A DNA stretch of 64,000 bases from Candidatus Lustribacter sp. (GCA_965277805.1 OZ255842.1:3008001-3072000), one strand, 5' to 3'; positions 17,653 through 27,656 are shown, numbered from the stretch's first letter. The notes: generated by a model not told the origin, from the sequence alone. A program made the numbers and translations.

Positions 17653-18714
17653 TCAGTCGGGGATGCCGAGTTCACGCCGGACGATCTTCGTGCCCTCGAC
17701 CAGCGCGCAAAGCTTTTTGAACGCAGTTGCGCGCGGGAGATACTTCATGCCGCAATCCGGAGCCAGCATCAGCCGGTCGGGTGTGATGTGCGTCAATGCC
17801 GCGCGGATCTGCGCGGCCACCGCGGCGGGCGTCTCGACTGCGGCGTTGTCGTCGAGATCGATGACCCCGAGCACGACGCGCTTGTGCGGCAGCGACGCCA
17901 GCATCGCGAGATCGACCTTCTGCTGCATCGATTCGATCACGATCTGCTGCGCCGCGGAGGCATCGAGTTCGGCCAGAAACGGATAGCCTTCGGGACGCGC
18001 GTGAACGACGTGCGCGTAACCGAAACAGGTGTGCAGCGCGGTGATGCCGTCGATGCCTTCGAGCGCGCGGGCGATCGCCGGCAACGCGTATGCGTGCGCT
18101 TCCGCGGAACGCGCTTGCAGATACGGCTCATCGATCTGAACGATATCTGCACCGGCGCGTTTGAGATCGCGCAACTCGTCGTTCACCGCTTCGGCGAATC
18201 CGAGCGCGGCCGCGGCCAGGTCGGGATAATAATCGTTCTGCGCTTGCTGCGCCATCGTGAACGGCCCGGGGATCGTGAACCGGATCGGCAGATCGGTATT
18301 GGCGCGCAAGAACTCCACGTCGCGCACCATCACGGGCTCGCGCCGCCGGATCGGTCCGACGATGCGCGGCACGGGGTTGGCGTGACCGGTGCGGTCGAGA
18401 GCGGTCCCGGGGTTGTCGATGTCGATCCCGTCGAGGGCCGTGGCAAAGCGGTTGGAGTAGCTCTCCCGCCGGATTTCGCCGTCGGTGATCAGGTCGATGC
18501 CCGCGCGCTCGAGGTCGCGGATGGCGAGCAGCGTGGCGTCATCCTGCGCCTGCTCGCGCCAGGCATCGGCCACCCGCCAGATCTCGTTGGCCCGCACGCG
18601 CGGTGGAAGCCGGGCCCCGAGTTGCGAGCGGTCGACCAGCCAATCGGGCTGAGGGTAGCTCCCAACGACGGTCGTGCGGAGCGGGGCAGTGAACGGAGAC
18701 CGGGTCGCAGCCAT
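17653..18714 (-). CDS. Cobalamin-independent methionine synthase II family protein (single-barrel MetE-like)
   Basis: TTVVGSYP, TDGEIRR, VQIDEP, Zn ligands HTC and PDCG. Confidence 0.85.
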   Translation of the reverse strand: MAATRSPFTAPLRTTVVGSYPQPDWLVDRSQLGARLPPRVRANEIWRVADAWREQAQDDATLLAIRDLERAGIDLITDGEIRRESYSNRFATALDGIDIDNPGTALDRTGHANPVPRIVGPIRRREPVMVRDVEFLRANTDLPIRFTIPGPFTMAQQAQNDYYPDLAAAALGFAEAVNDELRDLKRAGADIVQIDEPYLQARSAEAHAYALPAIARALEGIDGITALHTCFGYAHVVHARPEGYPFLAELDASAAQQIVIESMQQKVDLAMLASLPHKRVVLGVIDLDDNAAVETPAAVAAQIRAALTHITPDRLMLAPDCGMKYLPRATAFKKLCALVEGTKIVRRELGIPD

Positions 18715-18775
18715 TCCGGGCGGTTACGGCGGGGCCCGATAAAGGTCCGTCTACCGATTGCCGACTCTTAAGAAC

Positions 18776-20383
18776 ATGGCTCCCCTCGCGGTCCTCGCCT
18801 GCGAACCGGCGGCGGCTGCGGCGACCCTGCGCGAAGCGGTCGCGCTGCGGCGCGCCGGAACGCACTTCGCCCTCGCGCTCACCCTGGAAGACGCGCGCGC
18901 GCAACGCATCCGCGACTACGTACGCGAGCTCTGCGCGACGTATGCAAGCTGGGATGAGGTCCGGCTGATGTTCGACGGCTTCGGATCGACGGTCGCCGAC
19001 TTGCGCACGGCGGTCTCCGCGAACGAACGCTCGCAGCTGCTCGAGGCGCTGCGCCTCGCCGACGTCGTGACCGTCGGTTCCTGGAATGAATACGCTCGGC
19101 TGACCGACGCGCTCGGGGCCGTGCCGTGCGAGGTCGAGATCGCGATCGCCGCCGATACAGCGATTCCGGCGACCGTTGCCGACGAACGGTCCACGGTCGT
19201 GGTGTACGCGCCGGCCGATCGTGCCGACGAGCTCGGACATTTCGTGACCGCACTCGGCGACTACGAGGTGCCGGTGACGATTATCGCGCGCGATGCGCCC
19301 ACGATCCCCGGACGCGTAGCGTTCGTCACACCCGCCGGCGCCGCCGATGCGCTCGGACGCGCGCGCGTCATCGTCGATGCGAGCCGCAACGGGCCCGCCG
19401 CCGCGCACGCGCTCGCCGCACTCGGACGCCCGCTCGCCGTGTCGTCGTGCAGTGGAGCACGCGAAGTCTTGCAGGGCGTGCAGATCTACGATCCGTGGAA
19501 CCGGCGCAGCATCCTCGCAGCGGTGGCCAACGCGTTGGGCGCCCCGGCGCCAGCGGTGCGCGCGCTGCACTGGACGAGCGGCCCGCAGGAACGTGCGCAA
19601 TCGTCGTTCGGCGCCGGCGCGCCGCTGATCTCGGTCGTCGTCGCAACGCACAACCGGCCCGTCCTCTTGGGCGAAACGCTGGCGGCGATCGAACGTCAGA
19701 CGTATCCGCACCTCGAGATCATCGTCGTCAACGATGCGGGCACCGACGTCCGCGACGTGGTTGACCGGTTTCCGCGCGCGCGCCTGCTCGAGCAACCGCA
19801 GAACCGCGGTCCGGCCGCCGCACGCAATCGCGGGCTGGCCGATGCGCGCGGAACGTTCGTCACCCTCTTCGATGACGACGACGAGATGTTTCCGGATCAC
19901 CTTGCAGCGCTCGCCGGCGCGCTGATCGCGAGCGAACTCGACGTCGCGTACGGACAGATGATCAACGCCTTCGTGCGTCGCGCGGAAGACGGGCGCTGGG
20001 AGATCGAATCGTTCGCCGCGCACGAAGCGCTGCTCGACCACGCCGACATTCAGTGGGCCGGCGCGCTCGCCACGACCGCCGTGATGTTTCGCCGTTCGCT
20101 GCTCGACTCGATCGGCACCGTCGATGAATCGCTGACCGCGGCTGAGGACTACGAGTTCTGGTACCGGTTGGCCGAGGGCCGCGAGTGGGCGCGCGTACCG
20201 GACGTCACCTCGATCTACTACGTGCGGCTTGACGGCTCGAACCGCTCCAACACCGGCGCGCGCCGTTACTTCGTTGCTCACCAGGCAATCTATGGGAAGC
20301 ATCCTTCAGCGCGGCCGCTCGTTGCGGCGGGCCGTCAAGCGATGCTCGAACTCTTCGCGCAAACAGCCGCGCCCGCAAACTAA
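18776..20383 (+). CDS. Glycosyltransferase: C-terminal GT2 domain, divergent N-terminal domain
   Basis: ISVVVATHNR, IIVVNDAGTD, AARNRG, FDDDD and EDYEF. Confidence 0.82.
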   Translation: MAPLAVLACEPAAAAATLREAVALRRAGTHFALALTLEDARAQRIRDYVRELCATYASWDEVRLMFDGFGSTVADLRTAVSANERSQLLEALRLADVVTVGSWNEYARLTDALGAVPCEVEIAIAADTAIPATVADERSTVVVYAPADRADELGHFVTALGDYEVPVTIIARDAPTIPGRVAFVTPAGAADALGRARVIVDASRNGPAAAHALAALGRPLAVSSCSGAREVLQGVQIYDPWNRRSILAAVANALGAPAPAVRALHWTSGPQERAQSSFGAGAPLISVVVATHNRPVLLGETLAAIERQTYPHLEIIVVNDAGTDVRDVVDRFPRARLLEQPQNRGPAAARNRGLADARGTFVTLFDDDDEMFPDHLAALAGALIASELDVAYGQMINAFVRRAEDGRWEIESFAAHEALLDHADIQWAGALATTAVMFRRSLLDSIGTVDESLTAAEDYEFWYRLAEGREWARVPDVTSIYYVRLDGSNRSNTGARRYFVAHQAIYGKHPSARPLVAAGRQAMLELFAQTAAPAN

Positions 20384-20438
20384 TTCTTCGCGCCCGCTAG
20401 GCGTACGGTGGGGCTTTGCTGGGTAGAGCCTTAAGGTA

Positions 20439-20858
20439 ATGTTGACGTACCGGGCCAGCCTGCCACGAGGACACAATTCCGTTCGGCAAGCCCGGCGCGC
20501 GCTTCGCACGTTTGCCGAGAAGTGCGGCTTTCGCGACACGCCGCTCGCCGACGTTGAAAATGCGGCCGGCGAAGCGCTTGCGAATGCCGCCGAACACGGC
20601 GAGGTCGCCGGCAACCCCGGTTTCGACATCTCCGCGACGTTCGACGGCGACCGCTTGGTGATCGAGATCGACGATCACGGATGCGGTTTCGACGCCGCTG
20701 CGGCGCTCGCGCGGCCCGCGCCGGACGCCGGCGGTTATCGCGGCTTCGGCATCTATCTCATGCGCACGCTGATGGATGAGGTCGCATACGACGGGTGCGG
20801 CGCGCGGATCCGGCTGATCAAGCGGCTCGACGGTCGCCCGCTTACTTCTTCTCGCTGA
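20439..20858 (+). CDS. RsbW/SpoIIAB-like anti-sigma factor (HATPase_c_2)
   Basis: EALANAAEHG, DHGCGF and RGFGIYLMRTLMDEV. Confidence 0.85.
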   Translation: MLTYRASLPRGHNSVRQARRALRTFAEKCGFRDTPLADVENAAGEALANAAEHGEVAGNPGFDISATFDGDRLVIEIDDHGCGFDAAAALARPAPDAGGYRGFGIYLMRTLMDEVAYDGCGARIRLIKRLDGRPLTSSR

Positions 20859-21816
20859 ACGGTTCGTGACCCCACGTGTTCTCGTAATCGCGTTGCTGTG
20901 AGGCCGGCACGAACCGTTCGAGCTCGCGAATGCGCGCGTTGCCGGTGATCGTGCGATGGTTGACGCGGCCCCACTTGCCGGCATTGGCGCGCGCGGCATG
21001 GTCGGCGAGCGCCGGCGTTCCGCGATCGTAGAAATCGTTGAGAAGTTCCCACGCGCCTTGCGCGCCCGAGGTTGCCGCCAGCGTCGGATAAAGCGCGATG
21101 CGCAAGCCGAGTTCGCCGTACTCTTCGATCGTCGGCGCGGCCTCGACCGTGCCGCCCCAAATCGCCAGCACCGGACCCGGAACCTCACGGCACACGGTGC
21201 GCAATTCTTCGCGCGACTGCACGGAGTTCAACCACACGAGATCGGCGCCGCCGTCGCGCACGTAGGCGATGCAGCGTTCGAGCGTTGACTCGAACGTGCC
21301 GCCTTCGGCTCCGAGTTCGTCGCAGCGCGCGCAGATCACGAACGACGGGTCGATTTCGTCGCGCGCTTCGACCGCGGCCTTGATCTTGCCGACCGCTTCA
21401 TCGATCGGAATGCAACGCCGGCCGGCTAGAGTGCCGGATTTTTTCGGCGCTTCCTGATCTTCGATCTGCAGCCCGGCGACGCCCGACCGGATCACTTCGC
21501 CGACCGTGTAGTGCACGTTGACCGCGTTGCCGAATCCGGTGTCGGCGTCGACCAGGATCGGAATCGATGTGCGCGCGGCGACGTGCCGCACGTGGTCGAC
21601 GAGATCGCGCAACCCCATGATGCCGTTGTCGGGCACGCCGAGCAGAAACGCCGACATCTGCGAGCCCGCGACGAAGAAGCACTCGAAGCCGATCTCCTGG
21701 CACATGCGCGCGTAGAACGGGCTGAAGCCGCCGGGCATCACGGTGACGCCGGGCCGAGCGAGAATTTCGCGGAACTTCAGCCGCGCGGTACGGGGATCGT
21801 TGTCGTTCGCTGCCAT
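20842..21816 (-). CDS. Isocitrate lyase/PEP mutase family enzyme (PrpB/2,3-dimethylmalate lyase-like)
   Basis: GVPDNG, LVDADTGFG, IEDQEAPKKSG and GAD motifs. Confidence 0.85.
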   Translation of the reverse strand: MAANDNDPRTARLKFREILARPGVTVMPGGFSPFYARMCQEIGFECFFVAGSQMSAFLLGVPDNGIMGLRDLVDHVRHVAARTSIPILVDADTGFGNAVNVHYTVGEVIRSGVAGLQIEDQEAPKKSGTLAGRRCIPIDEAVGKIKAAVEARDEIDPSFVICARCDELGAEGGTFESTLERCIAYVRDGGADLVWLNSVQSREELRTVCREVPGPVLAIWGGTVEAAPTIEEYGELGLRIALYPTLAATSGAQGAWELLNDFYDRGTPALADHAARANAGKWGRVNHRTITGNARIRELERFVPASQQRDYENTWGHEPFSEKK

Positions 21817-21875
21817 GAGGGCGCATTCTCGCGCCGGTTCGCGGAATGCCTTCGCCCGCGACGAAGGTCGCGCGG

Positions 21876-23273
21876 ATGGATGAAGCAGCGTTTGACGTCG
21901 TCGTCGTGGGGCACGGCGCGGCCGGCCTCGCGGCCGCACTAGCGGCGGCGGAAGCCGGCCGCGGCGCGGCTCGCGTGCTCGTCATCGAGCGCGCACCGCA
22001 GGCAATGCGCGGCGGCAACACGCGCTGGAGCCCGTCGTACATGCGGCTCGAAGCGCCCGACCGGCTGGCGCCGCGCTTCATTGAAGACATGATGGAGACG
22101 TCGGGCGGCCGTTCGGATCCGGCGTATATCCGCCGGCTAGCCGGCGACGCGGCCCCGGTGCTGGCGTGGCTGCAGCAGCACGGCATCACGTTCGACCGGC
22201 CGCCCAATTATTTCTTGACCGCGGCCGCACCGCGCATTCAGCCGGTGGGTGCCGGGGCGGCAATCGTCGACGCACTCGCGCGCGCGGCCGAAGCGGCCGG
22301 CGTCGCCTTCCTCTACGAAACCGAAGCGCGCGCGATCGAACTCACCGCCGCCGGAGCGGTGGCGGCCGTTCATGTGAGCCTCGCCGGCGGCGCGAGCCGC
22401 CGCCTCGCCACGCGCGCGCTCGTGCTCGCCTGTGGCGGCTTCGAGTGCGACCCGCTCGCAATGCGCGAGCATCTCGGCGACGGCGCCGAGAGCATTCGCC
22501 CGATCACCGCGGGCACGGCCTACAATACCGGCGGCGGAATCCGGCTGGCGCTGGCGGCCGGCGCGCGCACCGCGGGCGATTGGAACGGCATGCACGTCGA
22601 GCCCGTCGATCCGCGCAGCGACCGGCCGGAAGCCGTCGTGCTGACGTATCCGTACGGCATCGTCGTCGATCGAACCGGCCGGCGGTTCTTCGACGAAGGC
22701 GGCGGCCGCGTCGACGAAACGTGGGAAACGCTCGCGCGGACGATCCACTTCGGAACGCCGGGCCGCATCGCGTATGCGATCTTCGACGCCTCGCTCGAGG
22801 ACATTCCCGGTTACGGCCGCGCCGTGTGCACCGATCGCGAACCGCTGCGCGGCGCGACGCTCGCCGAACTCGCCGCCGCGCTCGAGATCGATGCCGGTGC
22901 CCTCGCGCAGACGGTCGCCGCCTACAACGCCGCCGCCCCGGCCGGCGCCGCCGCGTTCGAAGCGACCCGCACCGACGGTCTCGCCACCGCCGGGCTCACG
23001 CCGCCCAAGTCCAACTGGGCGCGCCGCATCGAACGACCGCCGTTCACCGCGTACCCGCTGGTCTGCGCGATCTGTTACACGTTCGGCGGAATCGCGACCG
23101 ATGACGAAGCCCGCGTGCTCGGCGCGAACGGCGTGATTCCCGGTTTGTTCGCCGCGGGCGAGATCACCGGGCAGTTTTACGGCAAGGCGCCGGGCGGCAC
23201 GTCCGTGCTGCGCGCGCTGGTGTTCGGGCGCATTGCGGGCAAGCGCGCGTTTGATCGTCGGCCAAACGGGTAA
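21876..23273 (+). CDS. FAD-dependent oxidoreductase, TcuA/flavocytochrome c flavoprotein-like
   Basis: VVGHGAAG, GGNTRWS, ACGGF, GRRFFDEG, PPKSNWA, TFGG and GLFAAGE. Confidence 0.83.
   Translation: MDEAAFDVVVVGHGAAGLAAALAAAEAGRGAARVLVIERAPQAMRGGNTRWSPSYMRLEAPDRLAPRFIEDMMETSGGRSDPAYIRRLAGDAAPVLAWLQQHGITFDRPPNYFLTAAAPRIQPVGAGAAIVDALARAAEAAGVAFLYETEARAIELTAAGAVAAVHVSLAGGASRRLATRALVLACGGFECDPLAMREHLGDGAESIRPITAGTAYNTGGGIRLALAAGARTAGDWNGMHVEPVDPRSDRPEAVVLTYPYGIVVDRTGRRFFDEGGGRVDETWETLARTIHFGTPGRIAYAIFDASLEDIPGYGRAVCTDREPLRGATLAELAAALEIDAGALAQTVAAYNAAAPAGAAAFEATRTDGLATAGLTPPKSNWARRIERPPFTAYPLVCAICYTFGGIATDDEARVLGANGVIPGLFAAGEITGQFYGKAPGGTSVLRALVFGRIAGKRAFDRRPNG
23249..23273 (+). promoter_or_regulatory. 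Putative SigB/SigF-type promoter of the histone-like gene
   Basis: GTTT-N15-GGGTAA; SD GGAGG at 23303-23307. Confidence 0.55.
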
Positions 23274-23313
23274 CGCTGCAAGTAATCAACCGCTGCCCAT
23301 CCGGAGGTTTTTC

Positions 23314-23646
23314 ATGGCGGCTAAAAAGTCTGCAGCAAAGAAGAAAACAGCCAAACCCGTCGCGCGCGCAAAGAAGGCCGCGAAACGCGTCGCTTCGACC
23401 GCGAAAAAGGCGACGAGCTCGGTCAAGAAGGTCGCAAAGAAGGCATCGACGGCCGCGCACACCGCTACGCGTCGCGCGACCAACATCGGCAGCACGCTGG
23501 AAAAGGTCGGCCGTTTCATCGAAGGCGGCGCGGCCGCCGTTGAGAGCACGATCAACGCCGTCGAAAAGCGCGTTAACGTACGCAAGAAGACGGCGAAGAA
23601 GTCGACCGCCAAAAAGACGGCCAAAAAGACCGCGCGCAAGAAATAG
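23314..23646 (+). CDS. Lys/Ala-rich histone H1-like basic protein
   Basis: Strong SD; AKK/TAKK repeats at both ends around an amphipathic core (TLEKVGRFIEGGAAAVESTINAVE). Confidence 0.75.
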   Translation: MAAKKSAAKKKTAKPVARAKKAAKRVASTAKKATSSVKKVAKKASTAAHTATRRATNIGSTLEKVGRFIEGGAAAVESTINAVEKRVNVRKKTAKKSTAKKTAKKTARKK

Positions 23647-23651
23647 CCGCC

Positions 23652-23678
23652 CGCCGCGCGCCGGGCCGGCGCGCGGCG
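23652..23678. terminator. GC-rich hairpin between convergent genes
   Basis: Perfect 11-bp stem CGCCGCGCGCC/GGCGCGCGGCG with a 5-nt loop. Confidence 0.6.
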
Positions 23679-23680
23679 AT

Positions 23681-24307
23681 TTACGGCGATCCGCTCTCGC
23701 TCGCCGCGGCGATGCGGCTTTCGTGACGGGCGAACTCGAACGCTAACAGCATGAATCCCGCGAACATGATCGCACTGCCGCCGATCCACATCAGCTCGCC
23801 ACCGGCCTGCTGATCGGCGAGCGCCCCGGCGCCGCAGATCCGAACGTAGTGCGCGTAGAGCGGCAGGCGATCGGAATAGAGCACGAAGCCGAGGAAGCCG
23901 GTCAGCGGCATCGCGAGGAACACGTAGCCGAGCCGCGCCGCGTGCGAGAGCCGTTGCGGATCGAACACCGGCGCCCACATCAGGAATCCGGCGATCAGAA
24001 ACAGCGCCTGCACCACGACGTTGGCCGGCGCGCTTTCCAGCGAAGCTTCGAACAGCGGGCCGAAGTGGATGCCCCAGATGATCGCGAGCGACGCGAAGAG
24101 CGCGAACGGCGCGGGGATGACGCGGAACGGCCGCGTTAGGAGCGGGATGCCGAACAGCACTAGCGGCGGCACGATATCGGTGTGCACGAGATGCTGCACC
24201 ATGTGACCCACGAGCGAACGGTGCGCCCACGCATCCATCGGCGGCAGCACGGCGGCGATCGCGATCGCGCAGCCGGCCGAGAATGCGTACGGGCGTTGAA
24301 TCCTCAC
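23681..24307 (-). CDS. ctaG: Cytochrome c oxidase assembly protein (caa3-type CtaG)
   Basis: HMVQHL, DQQAGGELMW and TM helices; last gene of the qcr operon. Confidence 0.82.
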   Translation of the reverse strand: MRIQRPYAFSAGCAIAIAAVLPPMDAWAHRSLVGHMVQHLVHTDIVPPLVLFGIPLLTRPFRVIPAPFALFASLAIIWGIHFGPLFEASLESAPANVVVQALFLIAGFLMWAPVFDPQRLSHAARLGYVFLAMPLTGFLGFVLYSDRLPLYAHYVRICGAGALADQQAGGELMWIGGSAIMFAGFMLLAFEFARHESRIAAASESGSP

Positions 24308-25047
24308 GGCTCGCGCTTTCCCGCCGTGCCGCGACCGATGCAGAGAACGAAGACAATGAGCAGAACGATCGCCAGGTAGCCCAACGCGCCTTCGGGTACG
24401 GGCCCGGTCGACGGAGACGGAATGCCGCCGTTGCCCGGCTGCGCGGCATCCATCGACAGGACGAACCCCGCCAGATCGTCGAGATCGGACGGCGTGAGTT
24501 GCCGCTCACCGAAGCGCGGCATCTCGCCCGGCCCCGCGCGCACGGCATCGGCGACCTCGTTGATGGTCGCTTGATGCAGCGCCGGCGCCCAATCGGCGCG
24601 CCCGATGCTGCCGCCGGTTCCGCCGACGGCATGACACTGCTGACAATTGATCTGATACAGCAGCTGTCCGCGATCGGGGTGTTGCCCGTCGATCACTTCC
24701 GGCAGCGGCGGTCCGCCCGCCACAACCGGCGCGAGGTAGGCTTCGAGCGCGCGGATCTGTTCGAGCGGCAACTGCTGCCCCGCGCGTTCGTCGCGATGCG
24801 CGACCTCTACCCACGGCGCCGCGGCCGGCATCCGGCCCGTCGTGAGATAGAAATCCACGTCGGCCAGACCGACGTGCCGCAGCGATGGACCGTCGGCCGA
24901 ACCCTGCTGCTGCGCGCCGTGACACGACGCGCAACTCTCGGCGTAAATGCGCGCGCCGGGCGATGACGCGCCCAGCACCGCTGCAAGCAGCACGGGCAAT
25001 GCGAACAGTACCATCGCGTCAGCCCGCCTGAGGCTCTTCTTCGTCAT
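24304..25047 (-). CDS. qcrC: Diheme cytochrome c subunit of the bcc complex
   Basis: CASCH and CQQCH, TGRMP, GPGEMPRF, GPVPEG plus a C-terminal TM. Start 25047 or 25014. Confidence 0.88.
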   Translation of the reverse strand: MTKKSLRRADAMVLFALPVLLAAVLGASSPGARIYAESCASCHGAQQQGSADGPSLRHVGLADVDFYLTTGRMPAAAPWVEVAHRDERAGQQLPLEQIRALEAYLAPVVAGGPPLPEVIDGQHPDRGQLLYQINCQQCHAVGGTGGSIGRADWAPALHQATINEVADAVRAGPGEMPRFGERQLTPSDLDDLAGFVLSMDAAQPGNGGIPSPSTGPVPEGALGYLAIVLLIVFVLCIGRGTAGKREP

Positions 25048-26344
25048 AGCCGCCCCGCTCGTTGCGCACGAGCACGACGACGTCCGGCGCCGGGTCGCGT
25101 CCGGAGCGGCGCGCGCGCATCTCCGCTGCGATGCGCGCGACCAGCACGCCCGTGACGATGGGGCCCGCGACGAGCAGAATGCGATACGTCCACACCAGCG
25201 CGTCGAGCGAGACGTGCAGAGTGGCGGCGGTTTGGTCATCACCGGCCGCGAGGGTGAGCAGCAGGCCGTCGAAGATCAGCGCCGCGCCGACGCCGGCGCG
25301 CAAAGGCACCTGCGAGGCGCCTTGCAGAACGTCATGCGAAGCGAGATCCCCGGTCACGCGCGCCTCGATGAACGGCCACAGCAACAGGAACAAAAACGTC
25401 AGCGACGGCAGCACGAGCCCTGGCCAGAAGACCGGCGGGATCGGATGACCCGCGATGCGCAACTCGGTCGCCGGTCCGAGGCGCAGCGCTCCCTCGAGAA
25501 ACGCCGCATACCAGTCAGGCACGGCGCCGTTCATCACGATCCACGTTCGATACACGCCGTAGTTCGCAACCGGATTGATCTCGAAAAACGCCGCCAGCAG
25601 CGTCAGCACGGCCAGCGTCGCGCCCAACGCCGCCACCGTGCGCAACGCATAGTCGGGCCAGAAACGGCGCCCGACGACGTGCTGCGGATCGCGCACGAAC
25701 TGCGTGTGCTTTTGGTAGATCACGAGGAACAGGTGCAGACTCAGCAGCCCGGCAATCGCGATCGGCAGAAAATACACGTGCAGCGTGTAGAGGTGCGTCG
25801 TCAGCAGCGGCGCCGGAAAATCGTCGCCGCCGGCAAACACGCCGGCCGCCCAGCGGCCGATGAGCGGGATCGATAACGCCACGCTGTACGCGATGCGCAG
25901 ACCGGTGCCCGAGAGGCCGTCGTTGGGCAGCGAGTAACCGGTGAAGCCTGTCAACGATGCGAGCATCAGCATCGTCAAGCCCACCATCCAGTTGAGCTCG
26001 CGCGGTTTACGGAACGCGCCGGTGAAAAAGATGCGCGCCATGTGCACGAGGATCGCGGCGACGAAGCAGACCGCGGCCCAGTGATGGATCTGGCGGATCA
26101 CGTAGCCGATCGGATGCCGGCGATCGGCCAGCACGAGTACCGACGCATATGCGTTCTGTGAGCTCGCGTCGAACGCGAACGTAAGCCAAATGCCGGTGCC
26201 GACCAGCACCATGAAAAAGTAGAGTGCAAACTCGCCGAGATAGAACGACCAGTGATCCGGATAGATCTTCTTCAACGCCGCGTGCACGAACGCGTTGGTG
26301 CCGAAGCGCGCATCCAGCCAGCCGGCCGTGCGGCGAACGATCAT
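25019..26344 (-). CDS. qcrB: Cytochrome b subunit of the bcc complex (actinobacterial type)
   Basis: PDHWSF.LGE, IHHWAA, HMARIFFTGAFRKPRELNW, GYSLP, QKHTQF and PDWY. Confidence 0.92.
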   Translation of the reverse strand: MIVRRTAGWLDARFGTNAFVHAALKKIYPDHWSFYLGEFALYFFMVLVGTGIWLTFAFDASSQNAYASVLVLADRRHPIGYVIRQIHHWAAVCFVAAILVHMARIFFTGAFRKPRELNWMVGLTMLMLASLTGFTGYSLPNDGLSGTGLRIAYSVALSIPLIGRWAAGVFAGGDDFPAPLLTTHLYTLHVYFLPIAIAGLLSLHLFLVIYQKHTQFVRDPQHVVGRRFWPDYALRTVAALGATLAVLTLLAAFFEINPVANYGVYRTWIVMNGAVPDWYAAFLEGALRLGPATELRIAGHPIPPVFWPGLVLPSLTFLFLLLWPFIEARVTGDLASHDVLQGASQVPLRAGVGAALIFDGLLLTLAAGDDQTAATLHVSLDALVWTYRILLVAGPIVTGVLVARIAAEMRARRSGRDPAPDVVVLVRNERGGYDEEEPQAG

Positions 26345-27093
26345 AGCACCCGGTCCCAATCGTCGGGACCGACCGGCGCATCAAAGTCGCCGCGCGCAAC
26401 GAGGTAGCCGCCGGCGTCGACGCTCAGCGGCAGGCCCGGCAGCGGCCGCGGCGCCGGCCCGGATATGTTTTTCGCGCCGTCGTTCACGTCGAAGATCGAC
26501 TGATGGCACGGACAGATCAGCTGATGCGACGCGTGCCGGTACAGCGCGACCGGACAGCCCGCGTGCGTGCAGACTTTGGAGAACGCGCGATAGGTGCCGT
26601 CGTCGCCGCGGATCAGCACGGCCGGTGCTTCCGGCAGATCGGCCGAGCCCTGCGGAAAGACCGTTTCGATGCCGCCGGGCACGAGCCGGTCACGACCGAT
26701 CGGCGCGTTGTTTTCATCGACGAGCCGAATGCCCGCGCCCCAACCGGTACGCATCGAACGACCGGGTTTGCGTGCTAGCGCGATCAGGGGAACGAGTCCG
26801 AGCAGCGCCAGCGCGCCTGCCGCACCGAACCAGAGACCGGCGAAGCGCGGCCGCGTGACGCGTACATCGTCCGGCAGCGGCGGCGGGTGCGTCGGACCGT
26901 GCGGTGTGCGCGGCTCTTGCAAGTCGCTCGGCGCGTGCAGCGCGCTCGCCGCCGCACTGCACGCGCCGGCAATGCCGATGAACGCGAGCGCGAGCGCTCC
27001 CGCGAATGCACTCGGCGGCGCGCCCGATGCGGCGGCAGCCATGGCACCGAGCGCGCCGGCAATGGTGAGCACGAGAAACGCGGCCGCAATCAT
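26341..27093 (-). CDS. qcrA: Rieske iron-sulfur subunit of the bcc complex
   Basis: SKVCTHAGCP and CPCHQS motifs; three N-terminal TM segments. Confidence 0.9.
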   Translation of the reverse strand: MIAAAFLVLTIAGALGAMAAAASGAPPSAFAGALALAFIGIAGACSAAASALHAPSDLQEPRTPHGPTHPPPLPDDVRVTRPRFAGLWFGAAGALALLGLVPLIALARKPGRSMRTGWGAGIRLVDENNAPIGRDRLVPGGIETVFPQGSADLPEAPAVLIRGDDGTYRAFSKVCTHAGCPVALYRHASHQLICPCHQSIFDVNDGAKNISGPAPRPLPGLPLSVDAGGYLVARGDFDAPVGPDDWDRVL

Positions 27094-27647
27094 CGGATCA
27101 AGAAGATCGTCGCGTAGAGCGCCAGCCAAACGACGAAGACGAAGTGCCAATAGTAGGCGACGGCCTCGACCGCCGCATGATGATCGCGCGTGAACGCCGG
27201 CATGCGCAGAAAGATCGCGACCGCCGCCAGCAGCACGACCCCCGCCAACACGTGCGCGAAGTGCGTGCCGGTCAACACGTAATAAATCGTTCCGTATGCC
27301 GAACCGTTGATGGCGAAGTTTGCGTGCGCCCAATCGCTCCATTCGAGCGCGAGGAACGCGATCGCTACGAGAATCGTAAGCGCCAGCATCGCGCGCGCCA
27401 AAACGCGGCCACCGCGCATCGCCGCGTTCTGAGCGATGGTCATCGTTACGCTGCCGGCAGCGAGCAACGCAGTGCCGATCGTCATGCTCGCCGGATCGAG
27501 TTCCGCGCCCGCCGGCGGCCATGCCGCGGTCATTCCCCGCAAATAGTAATACGCGGCGAGCAATGCCGCGAATACCATCGATTCCGAAGCGAGGAATACG
27601 ACTGTGCCAAACACGAGCGGATGCGCTCGGATCGCAACTGATCGCAT
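27090..27647 (-). CDS. ctaE: Cytochrome c oxidase subunit III
   Basis: FLASESMVF, TGTHFAHV and YYWHFV. Confidence 0.9.
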   Translation of the reverse strand: MRSVAIRAHPLVFGTVVFLASESMVFAALLAAYYYLRGMTAAWPPAGAELDPASMTIGTALLAAGSVTMTIAQNAAMRGGRVLARAMLALTILVAIAFLALEWSDWAHANFAINGSAYGTIYYVLTGTHFAHVLAGVVLLAAVAIFLRMPAFTRDHHAAVEAVAYYWHFVFVVWLALYATIFLIR

Positions 27648-27656
27648 GGGTGCACA

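Noticed and set aside
20421-20439. RsbW-like gene as a sixth member of the GGGTAN-N9 set
   Set aside because: GGGTAG lies 12 nt, not 9 nt, from the ATG and no GTTT -35 is evident; left out of the count
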